DNA of 64,000 nt from an uncultured Chloroflexia bacterium (lineage in GTDB: Bacteria > Chloroflexota > Limnocylindria > Limnocylindrales > CSP1-4): assembly GCA_963828165.1 (NCBI GenBank), contig CAWHDR010000001.1, positions 1,600,001 to 1,664,000 on the forward strand, in the 5' to 3' direction. Positions 39,845 through 49,890 of this stretch are shown piece after piece. The notes beneath the pieces are model-generated. The model saw only the letters and a program-made list of their open reading frames with translations, was not told where the DNA came from and ran no database searches. The stretch's first letter is position 1, and each line of letters starts with the position of its first letter. Position numbers and translations under genes: made by a program.

Positions 39845-40506
39845 TCGCGGCGCCGCTCATCGTGCTCGGCGGCGGGGAGCACGCTCGCGTGGTCATCGAC
39901 GCGGCCCGCTCGCAAGGCGACCGCTGGGTCGTGCAGGGGTACGTGGCGCCAGAGGCGGGCGCCGCCACGGCCCCGGAGGTGCCGTGGCTTGGCAACGACG
40001 AAACGCTCGCGGCGCGTCTCGAGGACCTCGCCCCGCCGGACCGGCCGTGGCTCGTCCTTGGCTTCGGTGGCGGCGAGACCAGCGGCGCCCTCGCGGCCCG
40101 AACGGCCACCACCCAGCGATTCCCGGACGCGCGATGGGCGACGATCGTCCACGCGGCGGCCTGGGTCTCGCCGAACGCCAAGCTCGAGCAAGGCGTCGTG
40201 GTCCTGGCTGGCGCGGTCGTCAACGCCGGAGCGCAGGTGTTCCATCACGCCATCGTGAACAGCGCCGCGGTCGTCGAGCACGACGTCGTCATCGGCGCCG
40301 GCAGCCACGTCGCGCCGGGCGCGGTCATCGGCGGTGGGACGCACGTCCACGAGCACGCGTTCATCGGCCTGGGCGCACGCGTCCGCGATCATATCGAGGT
40401 CGGTGCCGGGGCGGTCGTCGGGATGGGCGCCGTGGTCGTCGAATCGATCGAGCCGGGCGCGACCGTCGTGGGCATCCCAGCCCGCCGGCACGAGCCCTCC
40501 TCGTGA
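39841..40506 (+). CDS. NeuD/PglD-type sugar acetyltransferase (LegH-like role)
   Basis: VLGGGEHARVV, IVNSAAVVEHD, hexapeptide repeats, VGIPAR; start uncertain. Confidence 0.82.
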   Translation: MIAAPLIVLGGGEHARVVIDAARSQGDRWVVQGYVAPEAGAATAPEVPWLGNDETLAARLEDLAPPDRPWLVLGFGGGETSGALAARTATTQRFPDARWATIVHAAAWVSPNAKLEQGVVVLAGAVVNAGAQVFHHAIVNSAAVVEHDVVIGAGSHVAPGAVIGGGTHVHEHAFIGLGARVRDHIEVGAGAVVGMGAVVVESIEPGATVVGIPARRHEPSS

Positions 40507-41540
40507 CCAGCGCCCTCGACGCCTACCTCGTCGCCGAGGAAGCGACCCTTCGCGATGCGATGGCCGCGGTGGATCGCGGCGCCGCCCGGATCGCCCTCGC
40601 CGTGGACCCGGAGGGCCGACTGACCGGCGTCGTCACGGACGGCGACCTGCGTCGCGCCCTGCTCGGCGGCACGGACCTCCAGGACCCCGTCGCCCCGGTG
40701 CTGACCCGCCGCTACCTGTCCGTGACGGCCGGGGACGGCCGGGCGGCCGCGCTGGAACTCATGCGCGCCCGTCGCATCGATGCCGTCCCCGTGGTCGATG
40801 CCGATGGGCGTCCCGTGGGCCTCCACTTGCTCCAGCAGTTCCTGGAGCCGGTGACCCGCACGAACTGGGCGGTCATCATGGCCGGCGGGCAGGGTGTGCG
40901 CCTTCGCCCGCTGACTGATGACCTGCCCAAGCCGATGATCGCGGTCGCCGGCCGGCCCATCATCGAGCGCCTGGTCCTGCACCTCGTCGGCTTCGGCGTG
41001 AAGCGCATCTTCGTGGCCGTCAACTACATGGGCGACGTCATCGAGGAACACCTCGGCGATGGCTTGCGGCTCGGGGTCCGCCTGGACTACCTGCGCGAGG
41101 AGGAGGCGCTCGGCACGGCCGGCGCGCTCGGGTTGCTGCCGGAGCCGCCGACGGAGCCCATCCTCTTGCTCAACGGCGACCTCGTCACCTCCGCGGACCT
41201 GGGCGGCCTGCTCGATGCGCATGTCGCCGGTGGCTACCGGGCGACCATCGGGACCCGGCGATATCTCCACACGGTCCCGTTCGGTTGCGTCGAGCGCGAC
41301 GGCAACCGCGTGATCGGGCTCGAGGAGAAGCCCACCCTGGAGCGCGAGGTCAACAGCGGGATCTACGCCCTCGACCCATCGGTCGTGGCCCGTGTCGGCC
41401 CGGGCCGCGTCGACACCCCGGATCTCATCGTCGACCTGCTCGCCGCGGGCGAGCCCGTCGGGGCATTCGAGATCGAGGACGAATGGATCGATGTCGGCCA
41501 GCGCGAACAGCTGGCCGCGGCTCGCGGCGTCGCCCCGTGA
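40503..41540 (+). CDS. CBS-domain nucleotidyltransferase (PtmE/LegX-like sugar-1-phosphate guanylyltransferase)
   Basis: GVVTDGDLRRALL (CBS pair), IMAGGQGVRLRPLT..PKPM, LGTAGAL, NGDL, WIDVG. Confidence 0.85.
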   Translation: MTSALDAYLVAEEATLRDAMAAVDRGAARIALAVDPEGRLTGVVTDGDLRRALLGGTDLQDPVAPVLTRRYLSVTAGDGRAAALELMRARRIDAVPVVDADGRPVGLHLLQQFLEPVTRTNWAVIMAGGQGVRLRPLTDDLPKPMIAVAGRPIIERLVLHLVGFGVKRIFVAVNYMGDVIEEHLGDGLRLGVRLDYLREEEALGTAGALGLLPEPPTEPILLLNGDLVTSADLGGLLDAHVAGGYRATIGTRRYLHTVPFGCVERDGNRVIGLEEKPTLEREVNSGIYALDPSVVARVGPGRVDTPDLIVDLLAAGEPVGAFEIEDEWIDVGQREQLAAARGVAP

Positions 41541-42529
41541 CCCTGCGCGGCACCAAGGTCCTCGTCACCGGAGCGGACGGGTTCATCGGCAGCCACCTCA
41601 CGGAGAGACTCGTCGTGGAGGGCGCCGACGTCCGAGCGTTCTGCCTGTACAACTCGCGCGGCTCGGCAGGCTGGCTCGATGAGACCGACCCGGCGACGCG
41701 GGCCGCCCTCGACATCCGTCTGGGTGACATCCGCGACGCCCGCTTCGTGGCCGCCGCGACCGAAGGCGTTGAGATCGTGTTCCACCTGGCCGCCCTCATC
41801 GCGATCCCGTATTCGTACGCCGCGCCGCAATCGTTCATCGACACGAACGTGTCCGGGACGCTGCATGCCCTCGAGGCGGCTCGGTCGGCGGGGGTCCGGC
41901 GTTTCATCCAGACGTCCACGAGCGAGGTCTACGGGACGCCCGAGACCTTGCCCATCCTCGAAACCCACCCTTACGCCGCGCAATCGCCCTACGCGGCGTC
42001 GAAGGTGGCGGCGGACCAGCTGACCCTCGCGTTCGGGAAGAGCTTCGAGCTGCCTGTCGTCGTGCTTCGGCCGTTCAATACCTACGGGCCTCGACAGTCG
42101 GAGCGGGCGGTCCTGCCGACCATGCTCCGCCAGCTCCTCGCCGGCAGGACGGAGGTGCGACTCGGACGCCTGGACCCGAGGCGCGACATGACATTCGTCG
42201 CGGACACCGTGGACGGCTTCGTTCGCGCAGCCACCGCGCCGGGCATCGAGGGCGAGGTCATCCAGCTCGGCACCGGACGGAGCGAATCGATCGCGGAGCT
42301 CTTCGCCCTCGCAAGCGGGATCCTCGGGGTGGACGCCCGGGCCGTCGAGGACCCGGAGCGGATGCGACCCGATGCCAGCGAGGTCATGGTCCTCCAGGCC
42401 GATCCGTCGCGCGCCCGCACGCGGCTGGCCTGGGAGGCACGAACCAGCCTCGAGGGCGGGCTGCGCGCGACCATCGACTGGCTCCGCACCCAACCGGCGA
42501 GCAGCGATCCGGATCGTGTCCAGACCTGA
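41537..42529 (+). CDS. NDP-GlcNAc 4,6-dehydratase (LegB-like)
   Basis: VLVTGADGFIGSHL, FCLYNS, HLAALIAIPYSY, TSTSEVYG, QSPYAASK, RPFNTYGPRQS. Confidence 0.88.
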   Translation: MTLRGTKVLVTGADGFIGSHLTERLVVEGADVRAFCLYNSRGSAGWLDETDPATRAALDIRLGDIRDARFVAAATEGVEIVFHLAALIAIPYSYAAPQSFIDTNVSGTLHALEAARSAGVRRFIQTSTSEVYGTPETLPILETHPYAAQSPYAASKVAADQLTLAFGKSFELPVVVLRPFNTYGPRQSERAVLPTMLRQLLAGRTEVRLGRLDPRRDMTFVADTVDGFVRAATAPGIEGEVIQLGTGRSESIAELFALASGILGVDARAVEDPERMRPDASEVMVLQADPSRARTRLAWEARTSLEGGLRATIDWLRTQPASSDPDRVQT

Positions 42530-43679
42530 CCGGCGGATCCCGCTGTCGGAGCCTTCGATCGGCGGGAACGCCGCCGCGTACCTCGAGGAGTGTCTCGCCA
42601 CCAACTTCGTCTCGTCGGTCGGCCCGTTCGTGGAGCGATTCGAGCGGTCCTTCGCGGCGGCCGTCGGGGCGCGCTTCGCTATCGCCTGTTCGAGCGGAAC
42701 GGCGGCGATCCACCTGGCGTTACGGGTTCTGGATGTCGGTCCGGGCGACGACGTCCTGGTGGCGGACCTCACGTTCGTGGCCTCGGTCAACCCCATCGCC
42801 TACGTCGGGGCGCGCCCGATCCTCGTTGACGCGGAAGCGGTGACCTACAACCAGGACCCGGCCCTGATCCTGGCGGAGCTCGATCGCCGCGCCGCGGCCG
42901 GTGAGCGCCAGCCCGCCGCGATCGAGCTCGTGCACCTCGTCGGGCATCCGGCCCCGATCGACGAGGTCGTCGCGGCCGCGGCGCGCCACGGCATCCCGAT
43001 CATCGAGGACGCATCGGAGGCGCTGGGGGCGCGCTACGCCGACGGCGGGCACGCTGGCCGGCACGTCGGCACGATCGGCCGGCTCGGCGCGTTCAGCTTC
43101 AACGGCAACAAGCTCATCACGACCGGCGGCGGCGGGATGATCGTCACCGACGACGAGGAGCTCGCCACACGGGCGCGCCACCTCTCGACGCAGGCTCGTC
43201 TGCCGGGTCTCGCCTACGACCATGACGAGGTCGGCTACAACTACCGTCTATCGAACCTCGCGGCGGCTCTCGGTCTGGCACAGCTCGAGGAGCTCGACCG
43301 GCTGCTCACGGCCCGCCGGGACATCGCGGCACGGTACGACGCGGCCATCGACGGGATCGAGGGGATCCGGACCGCCCCGCGAGCGAGCTGGGCGGATCCG
43401 TCCTTCTGGCTCTACTCGGCTGCGCTGGACGAACCCGATCCGGTCCGACGCGATGCGGTCATCGCCGCGCTCGCGGCGGACGGCATCGAGGCACGACCCA
43501 TCTGGCGTCCGATCCACGGGACCCGCCTCTACTCGGACACGGCCCGCCTCGGGGGCGAGGTCGCCGACCGGATCTTCGCGAGCGCCCTCTGCCTGCCCTC
43601 CTCGTCGTCGCTATCGCGTGACGATCAGGACCGCGTCATCGAGCGCCTCTCGGCCGCCCTCGCGGAGGTGCCGGTCTGA
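42516..43679 (+). CDS. DegT-family aminotransferase (LegC-like)
   Basis: VSSVGPFVERFE, SSGTAAIHLAL, FSFNGNKLITTGGGG, HDEVGYNYRLSN. Confidence 0.88.
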   Translation: MSRPDRRIPLSEPSIGGNAAAYLEECLATNFVSSVGPFVERFERSFAAAVGARFAIACSSGTAAIHLALRVLDVGPGDDVLVADLTFVASVNPIAYVGARPILVDAEAVTYNQDPALILAELDRRAAAGERQPAAIELVHLVGHPAPIDEVVAAAARHGIPIIEDASEALGARYADGGHAGRHVGTIGRLGAFSFNGNKLITTGGGGMIVTDDEELATRARHLSTQARLPGLAYDHDEVGYNYRLSNLAAALGLAQLEELDRLLTARRDIAARYDAAIDGIEGIRTAPRASWADPSFWLYSAALDEPDPVRRDAVIAALAADGIEARPIWRPIHGTRLYSDTARLGGEVADRIFASALCLPSSSSLSRDDQDRVIERLSAALAEVPV

Positions 43680-43770
43680 ACGGTCGGTGTATCATGCCGC
43701 GGCCCATGTCAAGGATCCGGCGTCTCTTCGACGTCGGTCCATCACGCTGCCACAGGACCCAGACCAGCAG

Positions 43771-45510
43771 ATGACCTTTCGAGCCAAGCCGGTCGTCAAA
43801 CGCGCCCAGAAGCCTTCCTGGGAAAGCCGCGACCGCAAGAACTTCTACCTCAACCTCGGCTTCGGCATCGTGGTTGCCGCGGCCGTGCTCATCCTCGCCG
43901 TGGCGGTGGCCCTGACCTATTACAACGACCACCTGGTGCCAGTCGGAAGCGTGGCCGGCCAGTCGATCTCCAAGGATGAGCTTCGTGAACGGGTGGTCAT
44001 CGAGCAGTGGCGACTCTCGCAGGTCACGAGCCGGATCGCGACCCAGAAGGCCTCGGGCCGCCTCTCCGCGGCACAGGCGGAGCAGCAGACGCAGCTCGTG
44101 GACCAGCAACGCCAGCAGCTACCCGCGATCTCGCTGGAGCGCATCATCGACAGCCGGATCCAGGCTGACCTCGCGACCACCGAGGGAATCACCGTCGCCG
44201 AGACCGACGTCGACGCGCGGCTCCTCGAGGAAGCGACGACCCCCGAGACGCGCCACGCCTGGGTCATCGAGGTCGCGCCAGAGCTCGACGCCGACGCGAC
44301 CGAGCCGACCGCCGCGCAGATCGCGGCGGCGCGCACGAAGATCGACACGGCATTGCGTGATGTGGGCGGGAGCAAGACCTGGGAAGACGTTGCGAAGACG
44401 GTTTCCACGGACGCATCCACCGCGGCGCAGGGCGGCGACCTGGGCTGGATCCAGGCCGAGTCCAGCCAGGAGGACGAGGCATTTGCCGACGCGCTCTTCG
44501 CCGCCGAGATCGATACCCCGACAGCCGTCGTCGAAGGGGAGGACGGGATCCTGCGCATCGGTCGCGTCACCGAGATCGATCCCGAGACCGTCGACGACCT
44601 GTACACCGAGAAGCTCGTCAACGACGGCGTCGAGCTCGCCAAGTACCGCACTGTCGTCCGGTCGGACGCGATCCGCGAGAAGCTCGAGGAAAAGGTCGTC
44701 GCGGACGCCACGAAGCCCGGTCCCCAGCGTGAGGTCAGCCAGATCTACCTCAGCAAGGAGACCGCGGATCTGCCCGACGAGGCCGTGAAGGTCCGCCACA
44801 TCCTGTACTCGCCCAAGGACGATCCGGAAGGCGCCCAGGGCGGCACGATCCCGGCCAATGACCCTTCGTGGGCGAAGGCCAAGGCCGATGCCGACGCCGC
44901 GTACGCGAAGCTCCAGGCGGACCCCTCGCAGTTCGACACGATCGCCCGAGCCGAGAGCGACGAGGAGAGTGCCCTTGGCCCGACAGGGTCGGGCGGCGAG
45001 CTCGGTGCGTACGTCAGCGCGGACAGCAGTTACGTCCCGTCGTTTTCGGGACCGATCCTCGCGGCCAAGCCGGCTGACGGCCAGATCCTCATCCCGATCA
45101 GGACCGAGTTCGGGTACCACATCGTCCAGGTCCTCAATCACGCGCCGGACCTCGCCAAGCTCAAAGCGCAGGCGGACGGTGGCGCCGACTTCGCGAAGCT
45201 CGCTCGCGACTTCTCGGAGAGCGCGGAGGCGAGCCGCGGCGGGAATCTCGGCTGGATCGCCCCCGGGCAGCTCGAAAAGGACCTCGGGACGGCCATCTTC
45301 GCGACCGCGATCGGCAAGATCTCGGATGTCGTCACGATCGCGGAGGACGGGAGCTATCTGTTCAAGATCACGAAGGAAGAAGAGCGGACGCCCGAAGGGC
45401 GCCAGCTCGAGGAGATCCGCGTCAGGGCGTTCGCCGACTGGTACCAGCCCAAGAAAGACGCGGTCGCGGTCGAGCGGGACCCGAGCATCCTGAACCCCAC
45501 GGCCGGCTAG
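43771..45510 (+). CDS. Membrane-anchored multi-parvulin peptidylprolyl isomerase (SurA/PrsA-like)
   Basis: N-terminal TM helix; QGGDLGWI, VKVRHIL, TEFGYHIV, DFAKLARDFSE..GGNLGWI. Confidence 0.8.
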   Translation: MTFRAKPVVKRAQKPSWESRDRKNFYLNLGFGIVVAAAVLILAVAVALTYYNDHLVPVGSVAGQSISKDELRERVVIEQWRLSQVTSRIATQKASGRLSAAQAEQQTQLVDQQRQQLPAISLERIIDSRIQADLATTEGITVAETDVDARLLEEATTPETRHAWVIEVAPELDADATEPTAAQIAAARTKIDTALRDVGGSKTWEDVAKTVSTDASTAAQGGDLGWIQAESSQEDEAFADALFAAEIDTPTAVVEGEDGILRIGRVTEIDPETVDDLYTEKLVNDGVELAKYRTVVRSDAIREKLEEKVVADATKPGPQREVSQIYLSKETADLPDEAVKVRHILYSPKDDPEGAQGGTIPANDPSWAKAKADADAAYAKLQADPSQFDTIARAESDEESALGPTGSGGELGAYVSADSSYVPSFSGPILAAKPADGQILIPIRTEFGYHIVQVLNHAPDLAKLKAQADGGADFAKLARDFSESAEASRGGNLGWIAPGQLEKDLGTAIFATAIGKISDVVTIAEDGSYLFKITKEEERTPEGRQLEEIRVRAFADWYQPKKDAVAVERDPSILNPTAG

Positions 45511-45520
45511 GCACCGCGCC

Positions 45521-46723
45521 GTGCTCGACGCGCTCGTGACGGAGGCGCGACTCCGGTTCGGACTCGATCCGGCGGCCGGCCTCCAGGTCATCGCGTCCGA
45601 GTGGCTCATCGCCACGCCGTTCGAGGCTTCCCGGCCGGTCCTGATCGTGCCGCTCGCGCTGCTGGGGCCGAGCAGCGACCCCGCGACCTCGGTGACGCCT
45701 GCCCCGTTGCCGGGTCGTCATGGGCCGCTCGGCCGCGCCCCCCTCGATGTCCTGGCCCGCGCCTACCCCACAGACCACGCAGTGGGCCGGTTCGGGACCG
45801 CGACCCCGACGCGGGTCGGCGACCTGCGCGACGAGGACCTCGGGACGCCGCTCTATCTCACCCCCGTGCCCGTGGAGGCTGCGGTCGCGGGTCCGTGGGC
45901 GATGCCCGCGATCAGCGCCCGCTTGCGAGCCCCCGGCGGTTGCCCGTGGGACCAGGAGCAGACCCACGCCTCATTGCGCAAGCACCTGCTCGAGGAGGCG
46001 TACGAGGTGTACGACGCGCTCGAATCGGGCGCGACGCCCGCGCTGGCCGGCGAGCTCGGCGACCTGCTCCTCCAGGTCGTGCTCCACGCCCAGCTGGCCG
46101 CCGAAGCCGGCGTCTTCGACCTGACAGATGTCCAGGCGGCCATCGCGGCCAAGATCGTGCGCCGTCATCCCCACGTATTCGGCGACGCTGAGGCGCGGAC
46201 CGCATCGGATGTGAACCGGCAATGGGAACGGATCAAGGCGGACGAGCGCGCGGAGGCCGAAGCCGCGGAGGCCGACGTCGCGGAGCCGGGCGATCCGGCA
46301 GGCCCGCCGACACCGCCGCGCGGCGCGCTCGATGGCATCTCGGCGTCGCTCCCGGCCCTCGCCGCCAGTCAGGAGATGCAGGAGCGAGCCGCGAACCTGG
46401 GCTACGATTGGCCGTCGCTCGAAGGCGTGCTCGACAAGGTCGTCGAGGAGACCAACGAGCTGCGTGAGGCCGCGGACGCTCCCGACCCTGCGGCCTGGGT
46501 CGAGGAGTTCGGTGACCTGCTGTTCGTCCTCGTCAACGTCGCCCGCAAGCGTGGCGTCGAGGCCGAAGCGGCCGTCCGTGCCGCCAACGCCAAGTTCCGG
46601 CGACGCTTCGCCAGTGTGGAGCGCCGGGCCGCCGATCGCGGGGTCGCCTTGCGCGACCTCGACTTCGCCGCCCTCGATGAGCTCTGGGATGCCGCCAAGG
46701 CGGAAGAGAGGATCACGTCATGA
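45521..46723 (+). CDS. mazG: Nucleoside triphosphate pyrophosphohydrolase MazG
   Basis: [58 protein letters not shown]. Confidence 0.9.
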   Translation: MLDALVTEARLRFGLDPAAGLQVIASEWLIATPFEASRPVLIVPLALLGPSSDPATSVTPAPLPGRHGPLGRAPLDVLARAYPTDHAVGRFGTATPTRVGDLRDEDLGTPLYLTPVPVEAAVAGPWAMPAISARLRAPGGCPWDQEQTHASLRKHLLEEAYEVYDALESGATPALAGELGDLLLQVVLHAQLAAEAGVFDLTDVQAAIAAKIVRRHPHVFGDAEARTASDVNRQWERIKADERAEAEAAEADVAEPGDPAGPPTPPRGALDGISASLPALAASQEMQERAANLGYDWPSLEGVLDKVVEETNELREAADAPDPAAWVEEFGDLLFVLVNVARKRGVEAEAAVRAANAKFRRRFASVERRAADRGVALRDLDFAALDELWDAAKAEERITS

Positions 46724-47457
46724 CCATCGGCAACCGCCCGCCCAGTGCCCGCGCCGACGGGCGCGGCTTGCGCGACCTCCGCCCGATCAGCTTCCAGCTC
46801 GGCGTCCAGAAGTGGGCCGAGGGGTCGTGCCTGGTCCGGTTCGGCGACACCCAGGTGCTGTGCGCCGCCACGATCGCCGACCGTGTGCCGCCGCATCTCC
46901 GCGGCAAGGGCACGGGCTGGGTGACGGCCGAGTATTCGATGCTGCCGCGGGCCACGGCCGAGCGAACGGACCGCGAGTCGGCCAAGGGCCGGATCGGTGG
47001 ACGGACCCACGAGATCCAACGGCTGATCGGACGCTCCCTGCGTGGCGTCGTCGACCTCGGCCGGCTTGGCGAGCGGACGATCACCGTGGACTGCGACGTC
47101 CTCCAGGCGGATGGCGGCACCCGCACCGCCTCGATCACGGGTGGCTACGTCGCGCTCGGCGCGGCGCTCATCACCTACGGGATGGAGCGACACCTGACCT
47201 CGCGGGTGGCGGCAGTGTCCGTCGGGATCGTCAACGGGCTGGCGCATCTGGACCTCGACTACAGCGAGGACTCCAGCGCCGAGGTCGACTTCAACGTCGT
47301 CGGCACGGACGCGGGCACGTACGTCGAGCTGCAGGGCACGGCCGAAGGCAAGCCCTTCGACCGCGCATCGGCGACCGAGATGCTCGACCTCGCCGACGAG
47401 GGCCTGGGCAAGCTGTTCGCGGCCCAGGCCGAGGTCCTCGCGACCGTCCGGCGTTGA
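46720..47457 (+). CDS. rph: Ribonuclease PH
   Basis: [46 protein letters not shown]. Confidence 0.95.
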   Translation: MTIGNRPPSARADGRGLRDLRPISFQLGVQKWAEGSCLVRFGDTQVLCAATIADRVPPHLRGKGTGWVTAEYSMLPRATAERTDRESAKGRIGGRTHEIQRLIGRSLRGVVDLGRLGERTITVDCDVLQADGGTRTASITGGYVALGAALITYGMERHLTSRVAAVSVGIVNGLAHLDLDYSEDSSAEVDFNVVGTDAGTYVELQGTAEGKPFDRASATEMLDLADEGLGKLFAAQAEVLATVRR

Positions 47458-47529
47458 ATCCTCCGGCCGATGGCTAGCGGCAGCGTCGCCTCGAATCCTC
47501 CGGCCGATGGCTAGCGGCAGCGTCGCCTC
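47456..47529 (+). repeat. Perfect 37-bp tandem duplication
   Basis: GAATCCTCCGGCCGATGGCTAGCGGCAGCGTCGCCTC at 47456-47492 and 47493-47529. Confidence 0.9.
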
Positions 47530-47545
47530 GGCCGTCGGAGGGGTC

Positions 47546-48172
47546 ATGCCGCGGCTCGTCATCGCGACGCACTCCGAGCACAAGCTGCGCGAGCTCCGCG
47601 AGTTGCTCCACCTCGACGGGGCCGAGCTCGTCTCGCTCGACGATCTCGGGGTGGAGGGCGAGCCGATCGAGGACGGCGAGACGTTCGAGACCAACGCCGC
47701 GATCAAGGCCCGCTTCGCCGTCCGTGCGACGGGGCTGCCGGTCCTCGCCGACGACTCCGGTCTGGAGGTCGACGCCCTGGGTGGTGGGCCAGGCGTCCGG
47801 ACACGGCGGTATGCGGGCGAGGCAGCCACGGATGCGGACAACAACGCGAAGCTGCTCGCCGCGCTCGATGGCCTGCCTCCTGAGCGGCGCGGGGCGCGCT
47901 ACGTATGCGTGCTCGCGTTGGCGATCCCCGGGGACGCGGGGCCGCGCGGCGGTCAGCATGTGGCCTTCGCGCGAGGCACGTGTCGCGGTCGGATCGCGCT
48001 CGCACCGCGCGGGACGGGCGGGTTCGGCTACGACCCGATCTTCGAACCGGACGTCGAGCCCCCGGGCGGGCGGACCCTCGGGCTGTGGACCCCGGCCGAG
48101 AAGAACGCCATCTCGCACCGGGCGCGAGCGGCCCGCCGCATGGCCGTTCGGCTGACGGCGCTCGGGTTCTGA
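47546..48172 (+). CDS. rdgB: Non-canonical purine NTP pyrophosphatase (RdgB/HAM1)
   Basis: EDGETFETNAAIKA, ADDSGLEVDALGGGPGV, GFGYDPIF, KNAISHRARA; follows rph. Confidence 0.92.
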   Translation: MPRLVIATHSEHKLRELRELLHLDGAELVSLDDLGVEGEPIEDGETFETNAAIKARFAVRATGLPVLADDSGLEVDALGGGPGVRTRRYAGEAATDADNNAKLLAALDGLPPERRGARYVCVLALAIPGDAGPRGGQHVAFARGTCRGRIALAPRGTGGFGYDPIFEPDVEPPGGRTLGLWTPAEKNAISHRARAARRMAVRLTALGF

Positions 48173-48232
48173 CGGGCGCAGGGCGCCGGGCGGCTGACAG
48201 GGCCAAGCCGCCCGCCGGCCCGCTCGACCTGC

Positions 48233-49563
48233 CTAGGGCTCGGTCGTCGGTTCCGGGGTCGGCCAGGGGATGGGCTCGACGCCAGGCTCGGGGAAGAGCC
48301 GCTCGGCGACGTCGCGGATCGCCGCGAGGTCGGGCTGGAGCGACGATCCGTAGCGGGTGTCGACCGATCGCACCAGGGGGTGGCGGATGATCGATCGCGT
48401 GACCGCGTCGTCGTCGATCTCATCCATGAGCGCCGCGAGCTGCGGAAGCCTGGCCGGTGGCAGGTCGGTCCGCACCGCGTCGCCCACCGCGTCCATGAGT
48501 CCCGGCAGCTCCCACAGCACGGAACCGTCCTGCGTGACCGCATCCCGCAGGGCGACGAGGACCTGCTGCTGGCGGATGGCCCTCGTGAAGTCGCTGTCAC
48601 CGAGGCCCTTGCGGGAGCGGACGTAGGCCAGCGCGGTCTTGCCGTCGAGATGGTGGGGTCCGACGCCGATGGAGAAGCCGACGTTGTCGTATTCCGGGTC
48701 GTCGATCGGCTGCGTGACCTCGATGTCGACGCCCCCGACCGAATCGATCATGTCGCGGAAGCCGTACAGATCGATCTCCGCGTCGTAGTGGATCTCGATA
48801 CCGAGCAGCGCGCCGATGGCGTCTCGAAGCGCCTGCATGCCGCCACCGGGGAATTCGTCGGGGTGGCCGTCGGCGTACGCGACGAGCGAGTTGAGCTTCG
48901 GCCCGTAGCGGTCGCCGTTGCCGAGCGGGACATCGATCAGGTCGCGCGGGACCGAGACCATGCTGATCGTCCGGCCGACCGGGTCGATCGAAGCGACGAT
49001 CATCGTATCGGTGAGGTTGGTCTTCCGGGTCGGACTGCGGTCGACCCCGACCAGCAGCACGCTCAGCCGCTCGTCGTTCCCCGGCCCGCCGCGGGTGGCG
49101 GCCCGTCAGCCGGGTCGTCCGGAGGCTCGAAGATCCGGGCGAACGTGTCGCGGAAGACGGTCCCGTACTGGTAGACGAGGACGTGCGGGACCGCGACGAA
49201 CAGCACGATGGCGGCCAAGCCCACGAGACCCACGCGTCCCGTCGGACCGCGGTTGCTGGTGTCGAGGAACGCCTGGCCGACGGCGAGCAGCCGCCAGCCT
49301 AGGAGCAGGAGGTTGATGGTCAGGAGTGTCGCCAGGATGGGCGGGGACACGACGAAGGCAGCCAGCCGCGTGAGCGACTGCGTCGAATACAGGAGGAAGC
49401 CCAGGAGCAGGAGCACGAGCGACGGGATCATGAACAGCGCCGCGAGGCGGGACCGCCGGTTGAGCGCCTGACCGAGGCCCGGGAGCACCGCCGAAAGACC
49501 TGCCGCGGCGAGGCGGCGGCGGTCGATATGTCCGGTTTCCGGCCGGACGCGGCGGGCGTGCAC
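48233..49563 (-). CDS. LCP (LytR-CpsA-Psr) family protein, frameshift ~49085
   Basis: N-terminal TM helices (49063-49563 frame), then LLVGVD, TDTMIVAS, VSVPRDL, ALAYVRSR, DFTRAIRQQQV. Confidence 0.85.
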
Positions 49564-49781
49564 GACGGGCGATGTTCCTCGATTCGGTGGGTGGTCGGTC
49601 CGCGGCGGAGTCTACCCGGAAGCGGACGTGGGGACGCCGGGCGATCGATCAGCCTGCCATGACCGCCCGGCGTCTTGTCCTGTGACGCACTCGGGCCCGC
49701 GAGCGTGACGCGCTACCCTTCGGTTGCCAGAACGCACCCGAATTCGCTAGGACGATAGTCCTATCTCGACGCGGCAGAGGT

Positions 49782-49822
49782 ATCCTCGCCGAGCGGGCCT
49801 GCTCATGCGGCTCGGCGAGGAT
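49782..49822. promoter_or_regulatory. Strong inverted repeat (13-bp stem) in the leader of the cpaF-like gene
   Basis: ATCCTCGCCGAGC ... GCTCGGCGAGGAT. Confidence 0.45.
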
Positions 49823-49890
49823 CGAAAACGGGGGCCCGGACCAGCACTCATCCGGGAGCGACTCGTAGGCCGGACAGGGGAACACACGTC

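Noticed and set aside
39378-41540. 720-aa ORF as a fusion protein
   Set aside because: The N-terminal part is off-frame read-through over neuC and neuD; the real gene starts at GTG 40503.
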